DNA from: Octopus vulgaris
Taxonomy: Eukaryota
Length of the DNA stretch: 64,000 nt
Direction of reading: 5' to 3'
NCBI GenBank assembly: GCA_951406725.2
Contig: OX597814.1
Span: 92,690,001 to 92,754,000 of the forward strand
Every line of letters begins with the position of its first letter. Within the stretch, counting starts at the first letter, position 1. The notes beneath the pieces are model-generated. The model worked only from the letters and a program-made list of their open reading frames with translations. It was not told where the DNA came from and did not search any database. The position numbers and the translations under genes are program-made. Shown piece after piece: positions 26,721 through 39,721 of this stretch.

Positions 26721-27509
26721 CAAGTCTTTGTGTGTGTATCTGAAAATGCTTCAGAAGTTATTCAGGTACTTCTTATTTGTGAATTGTGTTGTAAATGGAA
26801 CTTAAGGCCTGGGAATAACAACATCAAAAGTGTTTGCATGCACACACACACTTAAACATACTTGTGTGTATGTGTGTGAGTGTGTGTGTGTATTTAGATG
26901 TGTGTATGTGCCTGAGTGTGTATGAGTGTATTTGTGTACAAACACACACATGGCACACCGATACATACTCACACACACACACACACACAACCTACCTGTC
27001 ACAAATACATGCACTTCTTGGTTGATTGACAACTACAAGTTAACAAGTTGGCTTGCAAGTATTTTTACACCTTATCCTGGTTACATTCAGTCAACTCCTA
27101 AAATGTGACACAATGAAATACATAATGTGATAAACCACTTGTACAAAATCAGGGCCCATAGCACAGGTGGGTGGTTAAACATCAACCAAGCTAGTCTCAG
27201 ATCACACTGACTTTTCATACCAAAGATAGCTGACGCCACTAAACCTTTTCTTATATTATCTATTTTATGATTAGTCAATGGTTATTTTTTGCTTAATTTT
27301 TTTTATATATTTATATTTTTAGCTTATTTTATCATTTTTTTTTTCTCTTATTAATGAAACAAAATAGCTGTGAAGTCAAAAGGCTGACCTATTTGCCAGA
27401 GAGCTATGAGTTCAACCTCTACACAAACGGCTATATTTTATACATATGAAGTGCATGCATCTATATGCATGTTTATGTGTGAATGGGGGAGATGTGCATG
27501 CATACATGT

Positions 27510-27800
27510 TCTTTATTCTTTTTTTCTTTTACACATTTCAGTCATTTGAATGCGGCCATGCTGGAGCACCGCCTTAAAGGGTTCTTTTTTTAGTCAAAGA
27601 AATCGGACCCCAGGACTTATTCTTTGTAAGCCTAGTGCTTATTCTATCAGTCACTTTTGCCAAACCACTAAGTTACAGGACATACACACACCAGCATCAG
27701 TTGTCAAGTGATGGTAGGGGACAAACACAGACATGAAAACACACACACATAGATATATAGACACACACAAATATATATACATATATATATATATATATAC

Positions 27801-27891
<91 letters not shown>

Positions 27892-28339
27892 CATACATAC
27901 ATACATACATACATACATACATACATACACATATATATATACGATGGGCTTCTTTCAGTTTCCATCAACTAAATCCACTCAAAAGGCTTTGGTTGGCCTG
28001 AGGCTATAGAAGAAGACATTTGTCCAAGGTGCCACAAATTGAGACTGAACTCGTAACCATGTGGTTAGGAAGCAAGCTTCTTACCACACAGCCATGCCAG
28101 CACCTATAGCTATGAATATCTTATTACTTTTTTTTTTAGTCAATGGACTGTGGCCATGCTGGAGCACCAACATGAAGGATTTAGTTGAGCATATTTACCC
28201 CAGTACTTATTTTTAAGTCTGGTGTATAATATATTAATGCTCAGTTGTACAAACCAACACTGGTTGTCAAGGAGTTGCAGATGACCAACACAGCACAAAC
28301 TCAAAGATACAGACACATATACACACACATACATGCATG

Positions 28340-28385
<46 letters not shown>

Positions 28386-28424
28386 CATACACACACATAT
28401 ATATGAATACATACATACACACAC

Positions 28425-28467
<43 letters not shown>

Positions 28468-29165
28468 AACCACATGGTTCCAGGGTTCAGTCACACTGCG
28501 TGGCACTTTGGGCAAGTGTCTTCTACTATAGCCTCGGGTCGACCAGAGCTTTGTGAGTGGATTTGGTAGATGGAAACTGAAAGAAGCCCATCATATATAT
28601 GTATATGTATGTGTGTGTGTGTGTGTCTGTGTCTGTGTTTGTCCCCCCAACATCGCTTGACAACTAATGCTGGTGTGTTTACATCCCCGTAACTTAGCGG
28701 TTCAGCAAAAGAGGTCGATAGAATAAGTACTGGGCTTACAAAGATAAGTCGTGGGGTCGATTTGCTCGACTAAAGGTAGTGCTCCAGCATGGCTACAGTC
28801 AAATGACTGAAACAAGTAAAAGAGTATGTATATATATATGATTGATTGATTCTAGTTTCAGCTCACGAGCTGTGGCCATGCTGGGGCACCGATATATATA
28901 TATATATACATACATACATACATATATATACACACACACACACATATATATATGTGTGTGTGTGTGTGTATGTATACATACATACACACATAAATGCACA
29001 CACACACACATGATGGGCTTCCTCACAGTTTCCATCTACTACATTCTATCACTAGATATTGGTTGGCCCAGAGCTAAAATCAAAAACACTTGCTCAAGGT
29101 GTCATGTATTGAGACTAAACTTGAAACCACATGGTTACAAAGCAAGCTCATTAACCATAGAGCTG
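27510..29165. mobile_element. Cluster of SINE family B copies with internal microsatellites
   Basis: Recurrent CCAACCACATGGTTC.GGGTTCAGTC...GGAAACTGAAAGAAGCCC...GCTCCAGCATGGC..CAGTCAAATGACTGAAAC; more copies near 32440-32610, 39185-39565, 45443-45605, 46680-47030, 62090-62570. Confidence 0.85.
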
Positions 29166-29490
29166 TGTTTGTTCTTTGAAGTTTAGTTGAAATTACCAAT
29201 TGGAAGAGTTTCTTCTATGGCATTAATTGACTTTGAGAAAGACCTGTAGCCACAACTTTCCCCTGTGATCAATGAATGGTATACTACCAAAATTTTAAAC
29301 AATTAACAATCGTTTGACAACTGATTCACCTAAGTCCCTAACTTCTGACTTCAAATTCTGTACAAAAATTTCTGATATCAACAATATAATATCAACAACC
29401 TTCTAAAATTTCATCTAAATTCAAATTTAGTAATAATGGATTATTAAGAAAACACAGAACTCTTTTGAGTTTACATGTGTGTATGAGCAT

Positions 29491-29529
<39 letters not shown>

Positions 29530-29640
29530 TGTGCATGTGTGTGTGTGTGCATGTGTTGTATATATATTCCTGTATACATGTATGTGTATATGTGTGTGTG
29601 TGTGTGTGCTTGTGGATGTGTGTGTGTGTGTATATATATA

Positions 29641-29672
<32 letters not shown>

Positions 29673-29717
29673 CTTGTGGATGTGTGTGTGTGTATATATA
29701 TTCCTGTATATATATAT

Positions 29718-29950
29718 AAGGCGGCGAGCTGGCAGAAACGTTAGTGCACCAGGTGAAATGCTTAGCAGTGTTTCGTCTGTCGTTACGTTCTGAGTTCAAA
29801 TTCCACCGAGGTCGACTTTGCCTTTCATCCTTTCGGGGTCGATAAATAAAGTGCCAGTTTCGCACTGGGGTCGATGTAATTGACTTAATCCGTTTGTCTG
29901 TCCCTGTTTGTCCCCTCTATGTTTAGCACCTTGTGGGCAGTAAAGAAATA
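29718..29950 (+). mobile_element. SINE family A, single copy in TA/TG microsatellite
   Basis: AAGGCGGCGAGCTGGCAG...GGCAGTAAAGAAATA. Confidence 0.88.
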
Positions 29951-30011
29951 TATATATATATATATTCCTGTATATATATGTGTATATGTGTGTGTGCTTA
30001 CGTGTGTGTGA

Positions 30012-30052
<41 letters not shown>

Positions 30053-30345
30053 GGTGCATGACCTAGGGGTTAAGGTATTGCACTCACTCACAATCACTAG
30101 ATCACCATAGGTTTGATTCTCAGACCAGCTGACACAATGTGTTCTTGAGCAAAACACTTCATTTCACATTGCTCCACTCCACTCAGCTGCAGGTGGGTAA
30201 CCCCATGACAGAAGAACCTTATGATCAAAGACAACATTGGCCTGCTTACCTAGATTGCAGAGTGACATCATTTGAAAGCTAAAACAGTACGAAGGGCATT
30301 GTGACCAGCACCAGCAATTCATAACAACATCTGATAGTCTTGTCC

Positions 30346-30685
30346 AGTGGTTCTCACCCAGGGTCCATATAGACCTTGAAGGTCCATATAAGACTTTTGG
30401 GGGTCCACGTGACAAAATAGTAAATTGGGGATCCACAATAGTATTTTAAGGGCCCCTGAAAAAATTCTGCTTCACATGTATGTATTGGTGTGTATTGCAA
30501 GAAAAAACAAGGTTTCTTTCTCTAACATTTTACATAGTCCAACCTACACAAGATAATGTGTAGAAAGCAAAATAAGGATTTTGAAAGAAGTTTCTATAAA
30601 ACTAGTTTTTAAACATCAAATGGCTATGGGGTCTCCCAGAATAAAATAGGGGTCCATAGATAAAAAAAATGGTTGAGAGCCTTTG
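30346..30685. mobile_element. hAT-type MITE
   Basis: CAGTGGTTCTCACCCA ... TGGTTGAGAGCCTTTG imperfect TIRs. Confidence 0.6.
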
Positions 30686-32607
30686 GTCTAATTGATACCG
30701 TAATGAGTGAAATTTGATAGATGAAAGCTATACTTAGAATAACTCTAAGAAATGCATCAGGGCAGGTGCTTAACTCTATTTTCATAGTGATAAGTAGATA
30801 AGGAATTAATTTTCAGTTAGATAGAAGCCATCTATGTGGCTCTGGGTTCAATCTCATTGCATAACACTTTGGGCAAACGTGTCTTACTAGTTTATTGTTT
30901 CTAGTAGTTTGTTGTCACCTTGTAATACTAAGTGAAAAGTCCTGTTGTTGTTGCTGTCTCTGCCCAAAGTGTTACTTGGGTTTTGGTGTACTCTGGTTAG
31001 CTGGTGACCCCTGGACCTTGGCTAAATTTCTATAGCATAATATAATTTTTACTTACTCTTATAGAAATATGCACAAGTATATAGCTGGTATGTTTTGTAG
31101 ATAACTTAGTTGCAATGGATAAATATCAAAAATAGCATCTGTTTCTTCACAGAGCTTACTTTTGATCTATAGACTTCTGAGTTATGGGCCCAACACACTT
31201 AAGTGAGTAATTAAGCAAATATATAATGTATTATTTCTGGGTTACATTACTTCTGGTACATCATTCATCATATATAATTTATTTATTTTCATGCATTAGG
31301 CTGTGTCAAATAAATGAAACATAGTAATTACATAATACATACTACAATACTGGGATGTTGATTTTCTTACTGAAAGATGACATTTCACTCTGCTGTTACT
31401 CCAAAAGTCACATTCAACTAACCACATTCATAGATCTATGCAGTGCAAAGTTTTCTCTGTGTCTCTTCATTTGCCATTTTCAGATCAGCCAGAAGAAAAT
31501 CAATTCTATAAATGCTTCCCTTGCACAGCAACTGATCTTGCTATTAGTATACTATAGAAAATACACTTGATTGTCTTCCGCATTTTCTTGTCAAGATAAG
31601 CATAACATTATTGGATATTTTTGTGGAGGAATGAATATAACATGAGACATTAATGTGTGGCATTTATGGTTTTCTTAATGTTTCTAAAACATTTATGTTC
31701 CTAAAAGAAAATGGATAAAACTGGCAGTGGCAGAGGTAGAGGTGTGGGCAAAACAGAAATGCAGAATAGGCACATTTAATTGCTCATTATCACTTCCATA
31801 AAACGAGTGACAAATTAGGTCAAAGTAGTTACACCTATTTCTCATTATTAGCAACTTTAAAAATATCAAAATGTAACACAAATAGTAATAAATCACTTGA
31901 TCTTATTTTGAAGTATGATGGTATTATTGTTGTTATTGTTTAAATCTGAGTCCAGCTATGACCAACCCGTCATTTCTATTTTCAGTTTTTTCTAGATATA
32001 GTGTACTTTCAGACTACATTATTTAATGTGTCCTTCCATTTACCCTATAGTCAACTGTTGTCTCAGACTGAACAGGTCTCAACACTCAGGGTATCTAGAC
32101 TCTGGGGCACCTTAGTCATCCAGGAAAGGGAGAGTTACAATGCAGACAGTAATACAATATAAGTCAGTAGAGGAGTATCCAGGAGTCATGGCCTGGATGT
32201 AGCTTGGCCCCACCTTAGAGTGTAAAGGGGCCAAGGACCAAAACACTTGTATGACATGGGTAGTAGGAGCCTTCTTCTCTGAAGACTTTCTGCTGTTCAG
32301 CTTCCCTAATTCCTAATGATAATCAGATCCCTCTTGAATCACCTGCTATCCCTCTGGATTAACTAAATATTATTTATAAAGTAATATAAAAAAAATTACA
32401 TTTCATAATGCTTATACTAAAATTACCAAAATATGGATAAGACATAGGCTTGGCTATGTAGTAAGAAGTGTGCTTCCCAACCACATGGTTCTGGGTTCAA
32501 TCCAACTGTGTGGCATCTTAGGTGAGTGTCTTCTATTAAAGCTCTTGGCCACCCAAAGCCTTGTGAGTGAATCTCATAGACAGAAACTGAAAGAAGCCTG
32601 TCATATA

Positions 32608-32639
<32 letters not shown>

Positions 32640-32889
32640 ATTAAGATTCCATTAAATTAGGTACTGAAATTGAGGCACCTTGCTAGGTCAGTATAATTCA
32701 TATACCCAAGCAATATTAATTGAATGTTGAACATCAAGACTCCATGCTGGGGTGTTTGTACCTAATATTCCTGCTGTGCGTGCAGACAATGCAACTTAGC
32801 TAAGAGAAGATATCCACTCTTGGTAATTCAGACATGTACTTTCTACAATATTTTCAAAGTGCAGATTCCAAGTTAGGTGAATGAAATAT

Positions 32890-33295
32890 AAATAACAAGG
32901 ATGTCCAGGTGATAATTCATTACGGCTGTTTCAAGTGACTACTTTAATTGATTAATGTAAACATTACATCATTTGAAATAAACCGTTCTCGTCAGATGAC
33001 TGCATAAACTTCAAACATAAAGCATACAACCATTTCCTTAACATATTTGCATCAATAATGGAACTCAAGATATTTACATTGTTTCTTTTGTCATATCAGA
33101 CAGAAATATTTTGAGTTTTGTTATTGATTGATGTGGATATGTTAAGGAAATGGTCGTATGCTTTATGTTTGAAGTCTATGCAGTCATCTGACGAGAACGG
33201 TTTCTATCAAATGATGTAATGTTTTCATTAATCAATTAAAGAGGTTGCTTAAAACAGGTGTAATAAATTGACACCTGTACATCTTTGTTACTCAT
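32890..33295. repeat. Foldback/MITE-like element with ~165-bp imperfect inverted arms
   Basis: CCGTTCTCGTCAGATGACTGCATA.ACTTCAAACATAAAGCATAC.ACCATTTCCTTAACATAT is mirrored at 33137-33240; ~70-bp spacer. Confidence 0.85.
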
Positions 33296-33379
33296 TTATG
33301 TGTGTGTGTGTGGAGAGAGAGAGAGAGGTAAATGTATATATGTATATTCTCTTTCTCTTTTTAATTTAGAAGGGATTTT

Positions 33380-34100
33380 GACCAGCCACCTACATGGTAG
33401 CAAGGTTGTGAATGAAAGCATCTTGTTTTGGTCATCATCCTTTAAATCTTAAGAAGGTCTCACAGTTTTTATAGTCCCAGATATTGTGATCATTTGTAGT
33501 GTATGAATTAAGGATTTGCATTCTCATACCAAGAATCCAACTTCAGCCATACCTTGTTCAAGACAGGTTGCTCTAACGATAATAGGGAGGAAACAGCAAG
33601 TGTATCTTAGATACAGAATTAGCAAACACCTTATTAATGGTCCGTAGATGTCTTCTTTCTCTTGTATTTTCCTTACCACGCTAGTGCCTAGAGGGCAGCT
33701 GATTTCCACAATAGAACATATCTTTATCTTGTGGCCCCACACAACAATATCTGGCTGGCTGTGCTTTAACTTGGTGGTTGTTTTGATTTTTAAGTTCCAC
33801 CAATATTATTTTTACCTATCAGTCTTAATATAGTCAGCTTCGTCTGTAGGTATTTTCTTTTTTGTTGTCCTGTTCCAGGCTTTTCTGACCACAGCATCAT
33901 GCTTCATGGGAAGAAGATAACATCTGGAAAGCATTTTCTCACAGTTGGCAATAATGCTGTTGATGTTTTCAATCTTGGTCTTGTACAGCCTACATTTGTT
34001 GTCTGTCAATGATTTCTGCCTTTTATGCTGTAGGTACTTGGCAGGGATCTATTGTTCTTTCATAGCATGGGGGTAGCCTTTGAAGTGGGATGTCAGTATG
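33380..34100 (-). mobile_element. Decayed REL-type (R4/NeSL-like) non-LTR element 3' part
   Basis: DNKCRL...ENINSIIANC...KHDAV zinc-knuckle remnant, then KHSQPDIVV and IVEISCP...KIQEKEDIYGPL. Confidence 0.75.
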
Positions 34101-34116
34101 CCATGCCAAGCTTTTG

Positions 34117-34152
<36 letters not shown>

Positions 34153-34914
34153 ATGTGAACGTGTGTGTACGTGTGAACGTGTGTGCATATGTATGTTTAT
34201 CCCCCACCATTGCTTGACCACCAGCATTGGTTTGTTAATATCTCTGTAACTTGGGACTACAGCAAAATACTCTGATAGAATAGCCAGGCTTTAAAAAATA
34301 AGTACTGACATTGCTTAGTTCACCTAAAGTTCTTTGAGACAGTGCCTCAGCATGGCCACAGTTCAATGACAGGAATAAGTGAAAGAAAAGAAGATATAAA
34401 TGTCATAAAAATTATTTATTAGAATCTTTTGTTATGTTTCAAACACCAGCTTAATCATGGAGTTTATTATTTTACTTAAAGCCCACAATATTCATTATCA
34501 TTTTTGAAACTCTTTGAAACACCGTGTATTTTATTGGAAATATCATCACAAATAACTGAAGTTAAATGATTAAGCTGAAAGCACAGTTCAGGCTATAAAA
34601 AACTCACACTTTATTTCTGCTATCTTAATATTGTGAGAAGACCAAGTCAATAAAATATCACACAACCAGCTGAGAAATTGGTTTATGTGATATAAAAACT
34701 AAGCAATATTTTCCTATGTTTTTATCATTTTTTTTTCTTTTTCTTTTTCAAATAAAGAACAGAAAATTACAACTAGCATAAAAGAAATTGTGTGAACTTA
34801 TTCTCATAAATCATAAAATAGTTATTTTAGCAGTCATATTTTCTTTTTCTCAGCAGCAAAAATATTTTGCTGATTTCTTTTCACTAAGTACAAAGCCTAT
34901 TATTATTATTATTA

Positions 34915-35067
34915 TTGAGAAAGCAGTGAACTGGCAGAATTATTAGCAGTATTTCGCCTGTTGCTATTTTCTGAGTTCAAACACCTCCAAGCTCAACTTC
35001 ACCTTTCATCCTTTTGAGGTTGATAAATTGAGTACCAGTAATGTTGGTATGCCATGCCAAGCTTATG

Positions 35068-35104
<37 letters not shown>

Positions 35105-35307
35105 CGTGCATATGTGTATTTATCCCCCACCATTGCTTGACTACCAGTGTTGGCATTTCATCTATCCTTATCATCTGAGTTCAAATTCCGCCAAAGTCAA
35201 TAAATCAAGTACTATTTGTGTAATAGACTGATATAATAGATTGGCCCCCTAGTAATTGACTAGTTCTCTTCCCCAAAATTTCAGGCCTTGTGCTTTTAGT
35301 AGGAAAG

Positions 35308-35342
<35 letters not shown>

Positions 35343-35807
35343 GTATAAGGTGGTGAGCTGGCAGAATCATTAGCACACTGGACAAAATGCTTAGCAGTGT
35401 TTTGCTCATTGCTATGTTCTGAGCTCAAATTCCACCAAGGTCAACTTTGCCTTTCATCATTTCGGGGTCGATAAATTAAGTACCAGTGAAACACTGGGGG
35501 TCGATGTAATCAACTCATCCCCTCCCCCAAAATGGCTGCCCTTGTGAGAAAATTTGAAACAATTATTATTATCATTATTAAGGTGGCAAACTGGAAGAAT
35601 TGTTAGCATGCCAGGTGGAAAGCTTAGCAGTATTTCATTTATTGCTACATTCTGAGTTCAAATTTTGCCAAGGTCAACTTTGCCTTTCATCCTTTCGGGG
35701 TCGATAAATTAAATATCAGTCAAGTACTGGGGTTGATGTGATTGATTGCGCCACTCCCCACAAAAATTTAGGCCTTGTGTCTATAGTAGAAAGGATTATT
35801 ATTATTG

Positions 35808-35869
<62 letters not shown>

Positions 35870-36790
35870 TAGTTTTATATTTATAATGCGCTTTCACTTC
35901 ACTACCTAGCGCAGCTCTGTGTGCCTTGGGTATGTGCTGTGGTTTGCTGAAATTTGGGAGGAAGGTGACTAGTTGATTACATCAACCTCAGTATTTCACT
36001 GGTACTTGATTCATCAACCCTGAAAGGATGAAAGGTAAAGTCAATCTCAGTGAAATTTGAACACAGAATGTAAGGCAGCAAGCTGGCAGAATCATTAATA
36101 CACTGGACAAAATGCTTAGTAGCATTTCATCCTTCCTTACGTTCTGAGTTCAAATTCTGCCGAGGTCAACTTTGCCTTTCATCCTTTCAGGGTCAATAAT
36201 TTAAGTACCAGCTGAGTACTGTAGTCAATGTAATCGACTTACCCCATCTCCACCCAAATTTCAGGCCTTGTGCCTATAGCAGAAAAGATTATTATTATTA
36301 TTATTATTGTTATTATTATTATCATTATTATTATTATTATTTGAGTTCAAATTCCACCAAGGTTGACTTTGCCTTTCATCCTTCAGACTTGATAGAATAG
36401 GTACCAGTTGAGTACTGGGGTTGACGTAATCGATTTAGCCCCTTCCCAAAATTTCAGGCCTTGTACCTATAGTACAAAGAAATATTATTATTATTGTTGT
36501 TGTTGTTATTAAGGCAGCAAGCTGGCATTTCATCCGTCCTTGTCTTCTGAGTTCAAATTCCACCAAAGTCGATAAATCAAGTGCTATTTGTGTAATAGAC
36601 TGATCTAATGGATTGGCCCCCTTCCACAAAATTTCAGGCCTTGTGCCTATAGTAGAAAGGATCATTATTATTATTATTAAGGCAGCAAGCTGGCAGAATC
36701 ATTAGCTGGACAAAATGCTTAGTGGTATTTCACCCATTGCTACATTCTGAGTTCAAATTCCACTGAGATCGACTTTACTTTTCATCCTTT
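34915..36790 (+). repeat. Dense cluster of family-A-related SINEs with (ATT)n tails
   Basis: About eight or more full or partial units of CTGGCAGAAT...CTGAGTTCAAATT...TTTCAGGCCTTGTG, separated by (ATT)n; mostly + strand, one - copy near 35945-36070. Confidence 0.85.
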
Positions 36791-37739
36791 CCAGACACAA
36801 CACAGACCACACTTTCAGATTTTTAAAATAAAGTTTTCAGAAATAACCCAATAAGTTTACCATTAATTCTATGAAATATTCACAGTTCCTGCTAGTTATT
36901 ATTATTGTTATTATTAAGGCGACTAGTAGAAACTCACTATGGAGCAAGTGGGCAGCAGGAGAAATTTTCAGAGAAAGAACTCCCATCAAGCGTTTGGTCC
37001 ATCAGTTCCTAATATTCTAAGGAGCCAGGCCTACCTAGGTCATGACTCCTGGGTGTCCTACTTTTTTGAAATACCACCTTTAATGGGGATTGAACTAGGA
37101 ACCATCAGGTGATTTTATATCCCTGAACCGTGATGCATGTATCTCGGTCATGAACACCACAGGAAAAATTTGCTCTGTTGATATATTTTAAACAGGGTTT
37201 TCGTTCAACTATTTTTACTGGCTCAATGTTAAGTGATGTCCAAACCGCTTCATGGTATTTCGTCTATCTTTACATTCTGAGTTCAAAATCTTCCCAGGGT
37301 CCACTTTGCTTTTCATCCTTTCAGGGTCAATATAATAAGTACCAGTTGAGTGCTGTAATTGATTTACCCCTGCCTCTGAACCTGTTGGCCTTGTGCCAAA
37401 ATTTGAAACCATTGTTAAGTGATGTGCAATTATTTCCTTTTATGAAGAATATAGCTTCTGATTATTTTCCTGAAATCTTTGGTAGTGAAATCTTTGGTAG
37501 TGAAACAACTCTCTCTAAGGGCTGGTTTCCCGGTTTCTATGGTACATAAATTCCCCACCTGGACAGGATGCCAGTCCATATCAGAATCACTCATTTTTGC
37601 CAGCTGAGTGGACTGGAGCAATGTGAAATGAAGCCTTTTGCTCAAAAATACATGTCTCCCAGTCCAGGAACCAAAACCACAATCTTACAATCATGACTCC
37701 AACACCCTAACCACTAAGCCATGCAATTCCAGGCTCTAA

Positions 37740-38250
37740 GATGTGACATGGACTTCAGGAAAACCAAGTTTCCCAAACTGTGGTGGTTTTTTAGTGTGCC
37801 TCCAATGAGGATGACATCATGCCACCCCACACCTTAGAACAGGGCTTTAGGCTAAATTTAGATGGTTATGTGAAGTTGCTGGAGACTGTTGTCAAACCCT
37901 GGCTGGAGAGGGATGCTGCAGGAAAGCCATATGTATAGCAGCAGGATTCACCTTCTTGCCATGCATCTGGAAAGAGTCAGAAGTGCTTGTTGGAGAATTT
38001 CTACAACTTCACCAGCCCTAATTTCTGACCTCCTGATTCCCCTGATTATAATCTCATAGATTACTGTGTGGGACTCTGCTGAGAAAGACACCAACTGCTT
38101 TGCTTGCAACATCAAGGCTGAGCTGATGGCCAAGATCAAGAATGTGTTTTAAAGATCTTCCCAGAGATAAAGTGAGGAACACAGGCACCAGGTTCCAGAG
38201 TTATCTTGAGGCCATGGTGGAAGCTGAGGCTGAGTAATTTGAGTAAACTG
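37740..38250 (+). mobile_element. Tc1/mariner transposase C-terminal remnant
   Basis: QQDSPSCH...PPDSPDYNLIDYCVW; related minus-strand piece at ~45655-45835. Confidence 0.75.
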
Positions 38251-38367
38251 TTATCTACCAGCGTTAATCTAGATGACATTTAAAATTTTTTTTAATATTT
38301 TTACTTTTGAATGGGATGTGTTTTCTTTTCCATTTATACAAATAGTCGAATTTAGTTCAAACAACCT

Positions 38368-38409
<42 letters not shown>

Positions 38410-38712
38410 ATATCTATATTATACTAAAACTCAAAGTTTGTCTGTTTTCCTGAAATTTAAGATGATAAAAATTACAAATAAAATAGTCATTTTCTCCTTT
38501 AAGGAAAAAAAAATCAAGTTCAAAATGTCAACACTTCAAAGAGTCATTGAAGCTTCCATCATCTGTCCTTTTTTTTTACTATCTTTTTTCTTCCTTTAAT
38601 CATTTATACAACCTTTGGAGTGGCATGAACTTGAAAGATAGAAATTCTCCCTATATTTCTATAAGATATTTTTGAATCACAGGTACTTGATTTTTTTTTA
38701 AGGGAAAATTAC

Positions 38713-38814
38713 TTTTATGAATTTGCATTGCAAGGTAAACAAAATCATCACTCCAGCAGTGGCCAACAAGAATGCCAGATACATTTCAGACATTTTGGGC
38801 CTTTTCAATGACAT
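38713..38814 (-). CDS. Candidate first coding exon of a small or type-II membrane protein (MSLKRPKMSEMYLAFLLATAGVMILFTLQCKFIK)
   Basis: Non-repetitive sequence; acceptor TGTTTCTCCAG before 38953, upstream in-frame TGA, donor AAA|GTAATT after 38713; basic N-terminus plus hydrophobic stretch. No homology recognised. Confidence 0.3.
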
Positions 38815-39368
38815 GTACTCATCACTAGTCACACACCTGGATGAGAATTCATTACTTGGGATGATTTTTCATCTTCCACCTATATCCAGGGCACATCTAT
38901 GACAGATGTTACCTCGGGATGAATACAATGTACATCTTGCTAGGAAGTTTATTCTGGAGAAACACTTTGTTCTGGTTAGTTTAACAGAATCCTTAACAAA
39001 CACAAGATTAAGTCCTCTTTTTCTATTACACCTAATCTAGCCTATAACATTGCCACTATTAACTGTTTTAGGATTAATAACAATTTCCCAAGAAAGACTA
39101 ATATCATTAACCTTAACAGGTGCAGACCCCAAACACACGCTATTCTTGTTTTTTCTCAACATATCTATTAAATATATATATAGTCTTTTATTCTTTTACT
39201 TGTTTCAGTCATTTGACTACTGCCATGCTGAAGCACCACCTTTAGTCAAGCAAATCAACCTCAGGACTTATTCTATCAGTGTCTTTTGGTGAACTGCTAA
39301 ATTATGGGTACGTAAACACCAGCATCAGTTGTCATGTGATTTGAGGTTGGGGGGGGACAAACACTGAG

Positions 39369-39403
<35 letters not shown>

Positions 39404-39678
39404 CAATGGGCTTCGTTCAGTTTCCATCGACCAAATCCATTCACAAGGCTTTGGTCGGCCCGAGGCTATAGTAAAAGACACTTGCCCAAAGTGTCACACA
39501 GTGAGACTGAACAGGAACCACGTGGTTGGTAAGCAAGCTACTTATCGCACAACTACTCCTGTGCCTATATATATATATATATATAAAATATTATTAGAGA
39601 CAAAACCACTATTTTGCAAAACAAACAAGGAAAGACTTAATCAATACATAAAATTTTAATAAATAGTCAAAAAAACCG

Positions 39679-39721
39679 CCACTACAATCGTTTCTTGTCT
39701 TGATCGACAATCTTCAGGTGG
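39679..39721 (-). ncRNA. Type-I hammerhead ribozyme motif (left arm)
   Basis: Exact reverse complement of 45134-45176. Confidence 0.82.

Noticed and set aside
27651-30157. Many [12 protein letters not shown] ORFs, also at 11958-12268, 45328-45588, 58531-59338, 62142-62646
   Set aside because: Translations of microsatellites.
33186-33215. CTGACGA as a hammerhead core
   Set aside because: No GAAA after the putative stem II in either arm.
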